From positions 39,620,001 through 39,684,000 of the forward strand of contig NW_024704743.1 in assembly GCF_018977255.1 (NCBI RefSeq): a stretch of DNA of 64,000 nt. The letters run 5' to 3'. Numbering within the stretch: the stretch's first letter is position 1; the number at the start of each line of letters is the position of its first letter. This DNA is from Callorhinchus milii (lineage: Eukaryota). Below the pieces are notes generated by a model, which saw only the letters and a list, made by a program, of their open reading frames with translations, made no database searches and was not told the origin of the DNA. Shown piece after piece: positions 24,529-37,424 of the stretch. A program made the position numbers and the translations under genes.

Positions 24529-24789
24529 CACAAAGCATGGTGTTCAGGATATCATTTTAGATTTATTATATATAAACCACCCAAAATTCTGACAGACCTA
24601 AATAAAATGAAAGATTTGCAGATAGCTGTTCCACTCAAATGAAGGGTTTAAATGTCAGCAACATCGTTGAATATGCCATCATGTTAATCTCAGACTTCAG
24701 TACCTATCTTTGTATTACAGGCTTAACTTTAGTTTAAAAGTCAATTACTTCATGGGACAAAGCCAGGAAGAAAAAGTGCAAGATGTCGC

Positions 24790-25010
24790 ATTTTCACCTC
24801 AATTTCCGACTTCAAGGCCGATCTCAAGACCTTTCTCTTTGACCGTACCTTCAGCTCCCCTCTCGACTCTCTACCCCCTCCTCGCTCCCTCCCTTCCCTC
24901 CCCTCACCCTGACCTTTCCCCTCCGCTCGGGTCCTGACCCAACTGTCCAGCGCCTTGGGACATCCTCCCGACGTGAAAGGCGCTCTATAAATGGAATCTT
25001 GTTGTTGTTG
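24790..25010 (+). mobile_element. L2 3' fragment (family A)
   Basis: 'ttcaaggccgatctcaagacctttctctttgaccg..cagcgccttgggacatcctcccgacgtgaaaggcgct..ttgttgttg'. Confidence 0.9.
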
Positions 25011-26158
25011 TATCAGTGTGGTGACTAATTTCCTTCCTAGTTTCAATCCTAATTTGTTGGACCAGGACCAGTTTTTTGTGGGATTGCGTTTGGAATTCTA
25101 ATCATTTCTTAAAAGTTAACGTTGATTTAAGTATATGCCAAATAACCAAAGTAACTGCTGTTTATTCGCCTACAATTGTACACTCACTGCACTCCACACT
25201 AAACTCTGTGAAATTCTTTGAGAGGTTTTGATAACATGATAAGTTGCTATGTCAAACATAAGGATCATTATTATCCTGAGAACAACTGGGAGCAAAGCAA
25301 TTCAAACGGATCATTCCAACAAATAAATATAAGATGTCTTCACATTTTTCTCACACTAATTTTTTTTATCTCAATCGATGTGACATAGGTGTAACACTTA
25401 ATGTAATAGCTTATGAAGGGAAATTAGTGAAGGGACCTTTTTGGCTAAATGCTCTTGTTGAGCAATGAAATAGATTGTTTATGCACAGCAAATACATCAG
25501 TAAATTACACTTAAGTTTGAGCTATGCAGTGTACAGTTAACTGCCAAGTCCCATTATCTGAACCATAGGGGATTTACAGGTAAATGTTTAGGCAGATTTG
25601 CGAGCTGCCAAGAAATTGTATAACAAAACTGTGTGTCATTGTAGTCATAGAAACATACTGGCTTTAGCATTTCAAATCATTTATAACTTATGGGGAACAG
25701 CTGGTTTGCTCCAGAGGTTTTCATGTGATGATGTGCATGTGCCTTGAGGGAGACCGGAAAGGAGGAAATTGTCCATGAATAATGAAGTCAATAATAACAC
25801 CCATCAACTAAATCTTTATAAAGCAGAAAGTCACGTGCAACTTGTTGATACTTTCTGGAATGAATATGATAATCTGTTTGCAGATAAAAAGCACAAATTT
25901 GTATTCTTATACACCAAGGTGACAGCTGTCAGAAATTCCAGATCGCAGCCAAGTGCCAAAATACTTAATTATGTTATTTTTTGCTTTTCAAAGAAATCTT
26001 CGTATTGAAGAATCATGATTTGTGACACACAAGGTAGCCTTTGTAATCAGGTTTAATATTGCACTGTTAGTGAGGCCCAGAGGAAATGACTATTAAGATA
26101 TCCATGCCTGCAAAATGTCAATGAACAATTGCAAAATATTATGCTCTTGGAACTATTG

Positions 26159-26543
26159 CGGAGGCCTGCAGTTTACTGATTAGAGCACTCACCTCACAAG
26201 CAAGAGGACCTGGGTTTGATTCCCAGGTAAGTTAGGCAAGTTTCCTTACTCCACATGTCTCTATTTATCTAGAAATAAGTAGAAATCCAGTTGTTAGTCG
26301 ATTGACAGAATGCTTTTCCTGGGATTATAATCCCTTCCAAAAACATAATAATAATAATAATAATAATTTGGTCACTCAATCTATGATTGTTTGTGGGACA
26401 CTGCTGTGTGCAATTGGCTCTCATGTTTCGCCCACAAAATATACAGTCAATTCACTTTACAGTATATTTTGTGAAGCACTTTGAGACATTTCAAAGATGT
26501 GATAAGGCATTGTATGAAATGCAAGGATTAATGTTATTATTAT
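26159..26543 (+). mobile_element. tRNA-Ala SINE, long subfamily, full length
   Basis: Diverged head (ttagagcactcacctcacaagcaagaggacctgggtttgattcccagg), long block, body and tail. Confidence 0.9.
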
Positions 26544-26560
26544 CTCACTGATAATACATA

Positions 26561-26734
26561 CAGTAAACTCCTGATAACTCGTTACTCTGAGAAAAGGGCT
26601 CAGTGAAAGATTGCTGAGTGGTGAGTTAATCATATGTATAAATACATAAATAAATGCGGCTGAGATATTGACAGCAGAATGACTTAAGTGGTAGTGACAT
26701 GATAAGCCAGGGTTGAGATATCAAAAGTTTACTA
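26561..26734. mobile_element. Tc1/mariner (pogo/Tigger-type) MITE, about 174 bp
   Basis: TA|CAGTAAACTCCTGATAACTC ... GAGATATCAAAAGTTTACTA|TA: imperfect terminal inverted repeats of about 20 bp, flanked by TA. Confidence 0.65.
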
Positions 26735-27519
26735 TATTTGCAAAGTGAAATCACATGAACATTGGAGAAATCTTTGTCAAATGCACTGAATAAAGTAATG
26801 TTTGCCACCATAAGTATATGTATTATATAACATCAATATATGTTTTGTCTCATGCACTTAATAAAGATTTTTCTTGCTTTTGTGGATATTTTGAGCTGAA
26901 ATGTGTGAATTATCTCCTGTGACAGTCTTGATAAATGTTATGAAGACAGTAGTAATGGCAGTCAGTGGGACATTCACTTTCCTCTGTTTTATTTTGTTGA
27001 GTTAAGCAAATATTCACCAATTTGGCCCTCCAATAACATCACCTGCCAAATTCAACGGTGGACATGCCAATGAAATGGTCAAGTAGGAGCCAAGGAAAAG
27101 GGAAATGGTCACAACTGTTACCAGGCCTCTTATTGGTTATTCTGTTGATCACTTTGATCAATGATTTGATAATTATCCTTGATAATAACACATCATGTCA
27201 CAATTTTCACCTCAATAAAAAGTTAAAAAGTTATGAAAAGTTGATTAAAAAAATCAGCAGTTTCACCTGTTCCGAATAATGTTCAGAATTATCTATTGGA
27301 AGATTTCAAGTTAGGGTGACAAAATTGCTATCAATGGCATTTACAAAATTAATGGCAAAAGGGAACTTCAAATTAAATAACATTGATAGCTGCCATAGAG
27401 CACATCAGAAAGAGAAATGGGTTTGGCTTAAGACTCTGACAAAGGTACCACCTCTGATCAAATCCTAGTGTATATGGAATGTGCCTTGTTATCAGGGTCA
27501 GAGGTGGTCCTGTGCCTTT

Positions 27520-27640
27520 GACTCTTACCCTCTTAACCTTTGGACGTCCTGTGAATTTTACTCTCAATCTTCCAGCATCTTGGGACGTCATCCCAATGTG
27601 AAAGACGCTATACAAACGTAACTTGTTTCTGTTGATATTG
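27520..27640 (+). mobile_element. L2 3' tail fragment
   Basis: 'tccagcatcttgggacgtcatcccaatgtgaaagacgctatacaaacgtaacttgtt'. Confidence 0.8.
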
Positions 27641-28339
27641 TTGGTGGACCTGCAAGTTAACCATCTTTGTGAAGAGCTCTGAGACATTATCCTACATGAA
27701 GGCTGGTATATTATTGCAAGCCCTGTTGTTGTTAAATCCATTTTTGCTGTCACTTTCTTTTACCAACTTCTAGACATTGGCAAAGATGCGAAACTTTGAA
27801 AGATAATGAAGATTTACAACTTCAAAATAACTGGCCACATGCAAGTAGTAGTTCTAAATGAAATCTGGTGTGGTGTCAGATGATGCCCTGCAATATAAAC
27901 AGGAGTGGCAGCCATCCTGAGATACAAATTGACAGAAAATGACCATTGTTATTGTGTTCTTTATGATGACTACTTAAAACCCTTCTGCCGGCCAAACTGC
28001 AAATGGAGGAGTCTCACATGTCATTAATCTGTCAGAGCCCAGAGCCAGCTGCTCAAGAAAATTAACTTACATTAAACTCAAAATCCTAGGGTTGTCTTAA
28101 TCATGCACACAATTGAGTGCTTGCTTCTTAATCAACAGTTATCAGTTCAGATCCTAGAAATGTTTGTCCCTATAATTCACATGATTCAATCAGTTTACTT
28201 CATTCAGTGTGTTTTATGAGTTGTCAACCAAGTCAATGAGTGTAATGGATGAAAAGATAATAACAGTACTTGCCTTTTCTTGGAAAATGGGGGTTGGGAT
28301 ATGAGATGTGTTTTATTATAATGCATGTTAAAATCTCTG

Positions 28340-29630
28340 CCCCCTCCCTCTCTGCTGCCTTGGAATCATCTGAACTCTTCCACCTCTGGGCTTCCTGCCA
28401 CAATGACCTATCCTTCTTGATCACTCTACTCCATTCTTGATCCCCCTGCTCCGCTCACTTCCCGAACTACCAAGTCAACCTGATACACCAGCCACCTCCG
28501 CTCCGTCAAGGCACAGGTGTGTGCCACTGAACGAACCTAGCTCAAATCTAATTTTACAGTCCATCAGCAAATCTGGCTGGACCTTATCAAAACTTATTAC
28601 TTCACTATCACCTCTGCTAAATCGTTCTTCTACTCCAAGACATTCTTGGAGGCCAAGGACAACCCCAGGCTCCTCTTCTCCATCACCACCTGGCTCCTCC
28701 GCCCACCTTCTCTTGCCTCACCCATCCTCACCTCCAACGCAAGGTGATGCTGGACTTCCTCGTAACCGAGGGGATCCAGTCAATTGCTTCTGCCCTTCTG
28801 TCTCCACTCCCCTCCCCATCTCCCACTCAAACTCCAGCCTGTACCTAACCCTCCCTCCCCACCTTCAAACTTGTCTTCCCCTCCTCTCTCACCACCACTA
28901 TAACCCGCATAAAACCGATCACCTGCTCCTTCGAACTCATCTCTAGTCCTCTCCTTACCTCGCAGCTCCACTTCCTTGGCCCTCAACTCACAGACATCAT
29001 AAACCTCTCGTTGTCTACCAGCATCATTCCCACTGCTCTAAAAATGCCTGTCATCAGTCCTATCCTTAAAAAACCCTTCCTGGACCCATTCCTGCTCTCA
29101 AATTACTACCCCATCTCCAACCTCCCTTTCCTTTCTAAGGTCCTGGAACGAATCCTCTCACCTCAACCTTCATGGTTCTGTCACTGAATGGTTCAGATCC
29201 TACCTCTCATAATGTCTCCACTTCATCTCCACAAATGGTTTCTTCTCTAGCCCCCACACCGCCTTGTGTGGCATTCCTCAGGGCTTTGCCCTTGGTCCCC
29301 TCCTCTTCAATATCTATATGCTCTGGCCTGTTTCATGTCCCCCGCCTTGTCTGCCCCACCATTGATGGGCGGGCCTATAGCCACTCTGCCCCCACCTTCT
29401 GGATCTCCATCCTTAATCCCTCCACCTTACCCCTTCGCTCGCCTCCTTCAAGACCCATCTCAAGACTTTCCACTTCGACCGTGCCATCGATAACCCTCCT
29501 TCCGTCCCTGTCCTCCACCCTCCCCAGTCCCGACCCCCAGATCGGATCCGAAACACTGACTGTCCAGCGCCTTGGGACGTCCTCCCAACATGAAAGGCGT
29601 CATACAAGTAGAATTGTGTTGTTGTTGTTA
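28340..29630 (+). mobile_element. L2 (family A) with large internal deletions
   Basis: Extends upstream into the ORF2 linker (..QIWLDLIKTYY..DNPRLLFS..), PILKKP.LDP, PISNLPFLSKVLE, GPLLFNIYM, then jumps to the 3' end; L2 tail. Confidence 0.9.
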
Positions 29631-29954
29631 GTTAGTTAGTTAGTTAATGGTTTGTATTTAACTTGTTTTCCTGCAAATGTATTCAGCTGCAGAGTTGTTA
29701 GTTAACGGAGGCAATATGAGTTTCACCAAAAGAACGGCTTACTTTCATGGCTTCCAGAGGCAGCAAGCTGAACAGTGCCTTCCACTATCCCCAGTAATAT
29801 TTATGTCTGTCAGTAGGGAGGGTAAGCCTTTGCCCTAAGCCTTTGCCCTATTTATGCATTTTTGCAACACTTGTTTGTCTTCTCCAAATTTAGAGCACAG
29901 TCCAGTAACCAAAAAAGGAGAGAGATCACAGAATTTGCAATTTTGCTTGATTAA

Positions 29955-30125
29955 GCACTGCATTGTTGGAGATTCTATACTTCAGCTGAAATGTTAAATT
30001 GAGGTCCCATCTACTTGTTTACGTGCACTTAAAAGGTTCTGGACCATATTGAAAGAAAAAGGGGAGTTTCTCAAATGACTCACCACACTTGACAATAATA
30101 TCCTGTGAAGCACTGTGAAATAGCT
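29955..30125 (+). mobile_element. Degenerate DeuSINE fragment
   Basis: 'gcactgcattgttggag..ttcagctgaaatgttaaattgaggtcccatct..gaaaaaggggagtttctc'. Confidence 0.6.
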
Positions 30126-30319
30126 TGCCATAGAAAGCACTGTCTGCCAGCAGTTTACTGTATTATATTATTATTCCTCGTGCTAATTAAAACATATTTC
30201 ATCTCAATATTTTGTATCGTACTTTATGAATTGGCTGTGGTGGTTAGAGGACAATCACCACATCACTGCTGAGGTTTATCTTGACCAACCATCATGAGCT
30301 GCTTTAAAAATGATCTTCC

Positions 30320-30810
30320 TGCCATTGTAAGATAGCGAGCAAGGCAAGGGCTATGGACTTACCTCTTCACTCTTCATAGCCTCTACACCATCCAAGAGAC
30401 TCAAATCAGGAATGTGATGTTATGCTCACGTCTCTCCTGGATGCCACAACAACACTCAAGAATTTTGACTTCAGAAATGAGCAGTTTAATTGATTGGCAT
30501 CTCCTCCCTCTCCCACAGATACAATGTAGCTGCTCTATGTAACATTTGAAAAATGTCCTGCAGCAATTCACCACATTACTTTACCTTCCTTAGAATCAAG
30601 AATAACATCATCATGGAAACACCACCACCTCCAAATCATTAGACATATATCACTGCTGTATCATCGTCACAAGGACAAACTCCTGGAATTCTCTACCTTA
30701 CACCTTAATGAGATTACTATTGGTACACAGGCTGAAGCGGTTCAAAGAAAAAAGCCCACAGCCACTTTCACAGGACAACGAAGGATGGGCAATAAATGTG
30801 TGCTTCATTC
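30320..30810 (+). mobile_element. Old CR1/L2-group LINE 3' remnant (different family)
   Basis: 'caaactcctggaattctctacct..gcggttcaaag..gcccacagccacttt..ggatgggcaataaatg' resembles the ORF2 C-terminus (WNSLP) and 3' end of a LINE family I recall from shark genomes. Confidence 0.55.
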
Positions 30811-31819
30811 ACATCACGAGAAAGTGTTGCTTGAAGGTGAAGCAAGCTTGTGAATTGCTGCAGTACATTGAAGGTGTATAATAAAGATACTTGCATTCAC
30901 ATTCGGTACATCATACTGAATCATCTCAAATCACTTCAGAATGAGTTCCATTGAATGTATATCCCACAGCTCCAAAGTGCCATTTCAACAATGCTTACAC
31001 AATTGCACAACATGCTGTCCGTTCCTTTTTTTTACATTTCTTTACTTTTCAAAAGAAACTTTTTATATATATATGTTAAAGTTGTTTGAACTTTAAAAAT
31101 GACTGAGAAATATGCAAAATGAACACTTCAACTTGAGGATACAAACCAGGCTTAAATCAGGCTGGGGTCAGAGACTCATATTAGAGGAGCAGTAGAGCCC
31201 ACTGTTCGTTATTTTATCCAAAATTCCTTGTAATGTGCAGTAACTAAGTAATTAGTGACATTTTTAGTCTCCGTAAATTAATTCTGCTAGATAGGCATCC
31301 CTCATCTTAATGACAGAAAGTCAAAAAGTGAAGAATAATGTGAAGAAGATGAAAGTGTCTATCTTGGCTTTTAACATAGTGTGTTTGATTCAGTGTATTG
31401 AATCCATAGCTAATTAGCTTATATTTATTGTTGCTTGACTCTGCTCTGAATTCTGAGTACTTCTGACCTGCAGATAAGTCATGTTCAGGAAAATAATTTT
31501 AGATCAGTGAGAAAAGGGAAGGATTCATTTCTGACTCAAATCACAGTAACTTGTTTTCAGAGAATTATATCAATCTATGGCATAGAAGGAGGCCATTCGG
31601 CACATCGAGTTTGCACTGGCTCTCAGAACAAGCTAGTTATTCAATTCCAATGCCCTGCCTTATCCCTATACACTTCAAGCCTCTATATTTCATAGATGTT
31701 AGTTTCCATCTTGGAGCCCACTCTGCTTCTACCACCTTACTTGGCAGGGCACTCCAAATTTCAAAACCTGAGAGAAAAAAAACTTGCCTAAGCTTCACTT
31801 TCGTTTGCTCTTCTTGTGA

Positions 31820-33220
31820 CTTCACTCCTTCCTCTCCCACCACTCCCTTCACGAAACCCTCCAATTAGGTTTCCGTGCCGCCCACAGCATACAAACAGCC
31901 CTGGTCAAAGTGACAAATGATATTCTGTCCATCTGTGACCAGGGCTCCCTCTGCCTCCTTGTCCTCCTTGACCTCTTTGCTGCCTTCGACACTGTCAATC
32001 ACTCTATCCTCATCCACCACCTCTCCTCTCACCTCAACCTTCACAGCTGTGTTCTTTACTGGTTCAGATCGTACCTCTCACACCACCTCCACTTCATCTC
32101 CACAAACGATTTCTCCTCTAGCCCCCGCACCGTCTCGTGCAGTGTTTCTCAGGGCTCTATCCTTGGTCCCCTCCTCTTCAACATCTATATGCTCCCTCTT
32201 GGTGACATCATCTGCAGACATAGGGTCAACTTCCACATGTATGTGGATGACACCCAACTCTACCTCTCTGGCTCCACTCTTGACTCCAGGACCACTGCTG
32301 TTCTGACAGAATGTCTGTCGAACATTAAGTCCTAGATGAGAGCTAATTTTCTTCAATTGACTGTCAACAAGACCGAGGCTCTCCTGATTTTTCCTCCCGT
32401 CAGCGCCTCCACACCTTAGGCGCTGACAGCATCACCATCCATGGTTGCACATGCCACCTTGCTAAACCAGTCTGGAACCTTGGGGTCTTGTTTGACCCTC
32501 AACTATCCTTTCTAACCCACATCTGTGCTATGACCTGCTCTGCCTTGCCCCACCTCCACAACATTACCCGGCTCCAATCCTGTCTCACACTGCAGGCCGT
32601 CGAAGCCCTCATACATGCTTTCATTACATCGAGGCTCGACTATGCAAACTCATTGCTTGTTGGCCTTCCCATCTCCTCCCTCCACAGGTTGCAGATCATC
32701 CAGAACTCTGCAGCCCGTGTCCTCTCTTACACCAGGTTCCATGACCCTATCACCCCCATCCTTGCCCAACTCCACTGGCTTCCCATCACACAGAGGATAA
32801 AGTTCAAGATCCTGGTCCTCACCTTCCAAGCCCTCCATGATCTTGTTCCCCCCTACCCCTACAACCTCCTAACCCCCTACCATCCTGCTCGCTCCCTTCA
32901 CTCAGCGGGCTCCGGCCTGCTTCACGTCCCCCACCTCGCTCCCCCCACTAATGGCGGGCGGGCCTTCTGCCACTCTGCCCCTACCCTCTGGAACTCCATC
33001 CCACAGTCCCTCAACTCACCTCCTCCCTTGCCTCCTTCAAGACCCATCTCAAGACCCTCCTTTTCGACTGTGCTTTCAATCTCCCTGCAATCTCCCCTGC
33101 CCTCCACCCTCCTCAACCCTGACTCCCAGCTCGGTCCATAACTCTGTCTGTCCAGCGCCTTGGGACGTCATCCCGGCATGAATAGTGCTATACAAATGTA
33201 ATTTTGTTGTTGTTGTTGTT
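31820..33220 (+). mobile_element. L2 (family A), 1.4-kb RT-containing 3' portion; best-preserved copy
   Basis: ORF 31910 ([39 protein letters not shown]) and ORF 32488 (SRLDYAN..LHWLPITQRIKFK), with a premature stop and frameshift between them; possible TSD tgact at 31817 and 33220. Confidence 0.97.
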
Positions 33221-33499
33221 GACTCTCTTACGACTAATGCCTCTAGTCACTGATTCCCCTACTAGTGGAAATAGCTTATCCCTATTTACGCTGTCAAAAT
33301 CCCTTCTAATTTTGTACATCTGTATCAGATCCCCTCTCAACGTCTGCTCCAATGACAATAGACCCAACTTTTCCAGTCTTTCCTCTTAACTAAAGCTTCT
33401 TATCCCTGGTATGATTCTTGTAAATCTCCTCTGTAATCCCTCCAAGGCCTTAACATTTTTCCTGAAATAAGTTGCCCAAACCGAATGCACTACTGCAGC

Positions 33500-34805
33500 C
33501 CTATACTCCTTCGACCCTATATCGCCCTACTCCCTCACCACGACTGTCCCTCGATCCCATCCCCACCTTTCTCCTCATCTCCCAGCTCCACCTTCTAGCC
33601 CTTCTCCTGTCCGATGTTATCAACCTCTCCTTGTCCACCGGTTTAGTTCCCATCCCCTAAAAACAGCCATCATCACCCCCATCTTGAAAAAACCTTCCTT
33701 GGACCCATCCCTCCTCTCCAGCTACCGCCCCATCTCTGACCTCCAATTCCCCTCCAAGGTCCTGGAATGAGTCGTCGTGTCCCAGCTCCACTCCTTTCTT
33801 TCTCACCATTTCCTCTTTGAACCCCTCCAATCCGGCTTCCGGGCTGCCCACAGCACAAAAACAGCCCTGGTCAAAGTCACTAATGACATCCTGAACATCT
33901 GTGATCAGGGCTCCCTCTGCCTCCTTGTCCTAATTGACCTCTCTGCCGTCTTCCACACTGCCGACCACTCCATCCTCATACACCACCTCTCCTCTTTACT
34001 TAATCTTTGTGGACCTGCCCTTGCCTGGTCCGATTCCTATTTCTCTCACCGTCTCCACTTTTTGCCTCTAACGGTTTCTCCTCCAACCCCCATACTGCCA
34101 TGTCTGGTGTCCCCCAGGGCTCTGTCCTTGGCCCTCTCCTCTTTAATATCTGCATGCTTCCCCTTGGTGACATCATCCGCAGACATGGGGTCAACTTCCA
34201 TATGTATGCGGATGACACCCAACTTTATCTTTCTGCCTCCACCCTCAACTCGAGGACTACTACTGTTCTGACAGACTGCAGATAATCCAGAACTCTGCAG
34301 CCGATGTCCTCTCCTGCACCAAACTCCATGACCCCATCTCCTCCATTCTCGCCTGACTCCATTGGCTCCCTATCCTTCAGAGGATCCAGTTCAAGATCTT
34401 GGTCCTCACCTACAAAGCCCGCCATGGCCTCGCCCCACCCTACCTCCGCGGCCTCTGAACCCTTTACCAACCCGCCTGCTCCCTCCGCTCAACCGGCTCT
34501 GGCCTGCTCTACATCCCCTGACCCACCCGACCCACCGTTGAGGGGAGAGCCTTCAGCCACTCTGCCCCCAACCTCTGGAATTCCATCCTCCAATCACTCC
34601 ACCTCGCCCCCCTCCTTAGCCTCCTTCAAGTCCACCTCAAGACCCTCCTCTTCGATCATGCCATCGTCCATCCCCCTTCCCCTCCCCTCCCTTCCCCCCC
34701 TGACCTCAGCTCAGGTCTGAAATGCTGTACTCTGTCCAACGCCTTGGGATGTCCTCCCAACGTGAAAAGCGCGATACAAATGTAATCTTGTTGTTGTTGT
34801 TGTTG
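33500..34805 (+). mobile_element. L2 (family A), RT portion with internal deletion
   Basis: [39 protein letters not shown], then a jump at 34270-34285 to [10 protein letters not shown]2 tail. Confidence 0.96.
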
Positions 34806-36085
34806 TGGCCTAACCAATGATTGCAACAACATTGTTGCTTTACTTATTTACTCTCTGCTCTTATGTATAAAAACCAGAATACAGTTAATGAGAATTATGA
34901 AAATTAATCTTGTTGTGTGAATGTTGGAGGCAAAACATGACATTGATGTCAATTGAAAAGATTTCAGTCATCCTAATGTCTCAAAATAACTAAATTCCCA
35001 TTTTACAAAGAAATACTATGCAGGCTATTGGGCAAAAGAATAAGAAATTAATATGAATTATGTAATATATTTTAATTTATGCATTAAACTAAGGTGAATG
35101 GAAAAATGCACTTTTCCAGAAAAGTGGAAACGCATGCCTAAAATTATGATCGTGAGCTTCCAGAGATTATAGTTCAGGATCTGTGTCTCCTCACCTGAAA
35201 TGAAGTTCTATTTAACTAATCCTCTGTCGTAATGCACGACCCTCACATTATGTATTAACTTTACGCTGGAAAAAAAAGGCAAGGTATATGACCCTTTCAG
35301 GCAAAATTAAAAGTAGCTGGTACATAAACCTGATGAAATGGGGCTAATTCTCTATTTATAAACGAAAGATTATGACGATTTCACAGTACATCAGTTCAAT
35401 TTGCCTATTTATGCCATAGTCTCCTTTTTTCTCATGAGCAACCCTTCAATCTAGCTATACAATCAACAATGTTAGGGCCATGCCTATTCATACACTACCT
35501 TAGAGGTATCCCATTAGCATGTCATGGCTCTGGTTACAGGATGAAGTCCTGTTTTCACACCTTAGATTCCTACAACTACAACACCCTGACCTCACTGATT
35601 TCTCTGCTGCAGGGCTCAGAGATAGTAGAGGGAGAAATGGTCCTGTGAAGGGAAGGGAAGCAAGCTTGAATAGAAGGATGGTGTGGTTGGATGAATATTC
35701 TAGTTTTGTTTGATTAGCTTTGCAGACCATGCAGAACTTAGCTTCAGGAGATAGAATGGTTGGGATGAAGTCTATAAGAGAGTAGATTTGTTTAACTGTA
35801 GAAGAAGCAGGCTTGATTCCGTTCTTTATATTCTTAAATTATTTGCTTCCCTGGAAGTATTGCATTTAGCACCAACCTTGGAAAGAACAATGATACAGAG
35901 ACTCACTTATAAATGTCAAATCTTCAAAAATACTGCATGTAGTTCAATGACGATGGACTATTGATTAATGGCAGAGTGCTAACTTTGACCAATGTTTATT
36001 TTGTGTTTTTATTACTTACCATGTATAGGTATTTTGGGGTTTATCCAGTATTCTCAACCAAATTTGTCAACTTGATTATTATTAA

Positions 36086-36312
36086 ATCTGGAACTCTCTC
36101 CCCCAAAAGGTCGTGGATGCTGGATCCATCCACACCTTCAAGAAAGAGATTGACAGATTTTTGGTAGGTCGGGGTATTAATGGATACGGGGAGAAAGCAG
36201 GAAATTGGATTTGAAATTCCAGTAAAGATATAGATCAGCCATGATCTAATTAAATGGCGGAGCAGGCTCGACGGGCTGAATGGCCTACTCCTGTTCCTAT
36301 GTTCCTATGTTA
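36086..36312 (+). mobile_element. CR1-type LINE 3' end
   Basis: WNSLPQKVVDA..FKKEIDRFL; 3' UTR 'gatcagccatgatc..ggctgaatggcctactcctgttcctatgttcctatg'. Confidence 0.9.
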
Positions 36313-36325
36313 CTATATCCTAAAG

Positions 36326-36532
36326 ATAAGAACATAAGAAGGCAGGAACAGAAATCAACCATTAAGCTCATCTCACCTGTTCTACCATTTTATTAGATCA
36401 TCATGACTGATCTGAAACAATGCCATTTCCTTACCCGTGCCTAACAAAAAATCATGTACCCCACTTTTAAATATTTCATTTAACCTGGCATCTATAGCCT
36501 TTTGAGGGTAGTGAATATCACAGTTCACAATT
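36326..36532 (-). mobile_element. Older CR1-type 3' end, tail-to-tail with 36086-36312
   Basis: 'taagaacataaga..cctgttctacca..catgactgatctg..atctatagccttttgaggg' is the reverse complement of the neighbouring copy. Confidence 0.7.
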
Positions 36533-37424
36533 TTTTGTGATACCAGTCATATTTTTCAACCTGATATTATGAATGGAATTGAAAGACAAGACTTGCTCGA
36601 ATGTTACTGTGTAATGGTTACTGTCCAAAGTGATCATTATTCAACACGTGATCCTCACTATGAAGAAGAAAACAGAATGACAATCAACCATCCCAATAGT
36701 ACATGAGTATAGTTTCTTGAACTGTCCAGTCATGGTAAAACGCTTGACCTTTAACTGCTCTCTAGTGGACAGGAACTTCAGCGTATTATTTTTCTCTCAT
36801 GCTCAGTTATTTCAACTACCTATCAAGCTACATAAAATAAGCTTTTATCGACCAAAAGAACTATCAGAAAGTTCAACCTTTTTTGCAAGATATTTCAAAA
36901 TATGCACTTGCCCGTCATCCAGCAGTTGGTAATCTTGCAGCCCTAACCCCCTGGTGAAACCAATGAATAATGTCCAATGAGAGAGGGAACACACAGCTGT
37001 CAGAATCTTTAATATTTCAGTCTTTTGTGGATGAATGGATCTCTTTAAACAAGCTGCCAGTGGTGAAGATTTCCAGTCAGCAGTGATTAAATATGATAAA
37101 ATGTAGCCATACTTTTCACATAAACTGAATACATTTAAATAAATAAATAAATGATTTCAATTGATATACAACTTCTCATACAGAGAGGACGTCTCAAAGT
37201 GCTTCACAAGATTTACTGTAAAGTATGAAGGATTATTGCAGACTATGTATCATAGACGAACACTGCAGCCAATTTGTGCACAATATTGTCACACAAATAC
37301 CCATCAGCATGAACCCAAGTAGACTTACATTTTTAGATCCCAAATTCCAAATCGCTATAATCAGTACACAAGAACAATACTTCATTATTATAACAATAAT
37401 ACCATTTCATTGAAACATCTGACA

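Larger units (their letters stand above)
31560..34885 (-). mobile_element. CR1-type LINE split into three pieces (31560-31820, 33221-33500, 34803-34885) by two L2 insertions
   Basis: CR1 tail 'agaaggaggccattcggc' at 31583; ORF 31637(-) RQVFFL..IWSALPSKVVEA; continues at 33221 with the reverse of DSVNRDKLFPL and 'QRRFTRIIPG'-like sequence; resumes 'tgtggcctaacca' at 34804. Confidence 0.85.

Noticed and set aside
31910..33141. RT ORFs as an intact gene, retron or novel RT system
   Set aside because: They are 5'-truncated L2 ORF2 with a premature stop at 32333-32335 and frameshifts; there are many decayed paralogues, no endonuclease domain and no ORF1.
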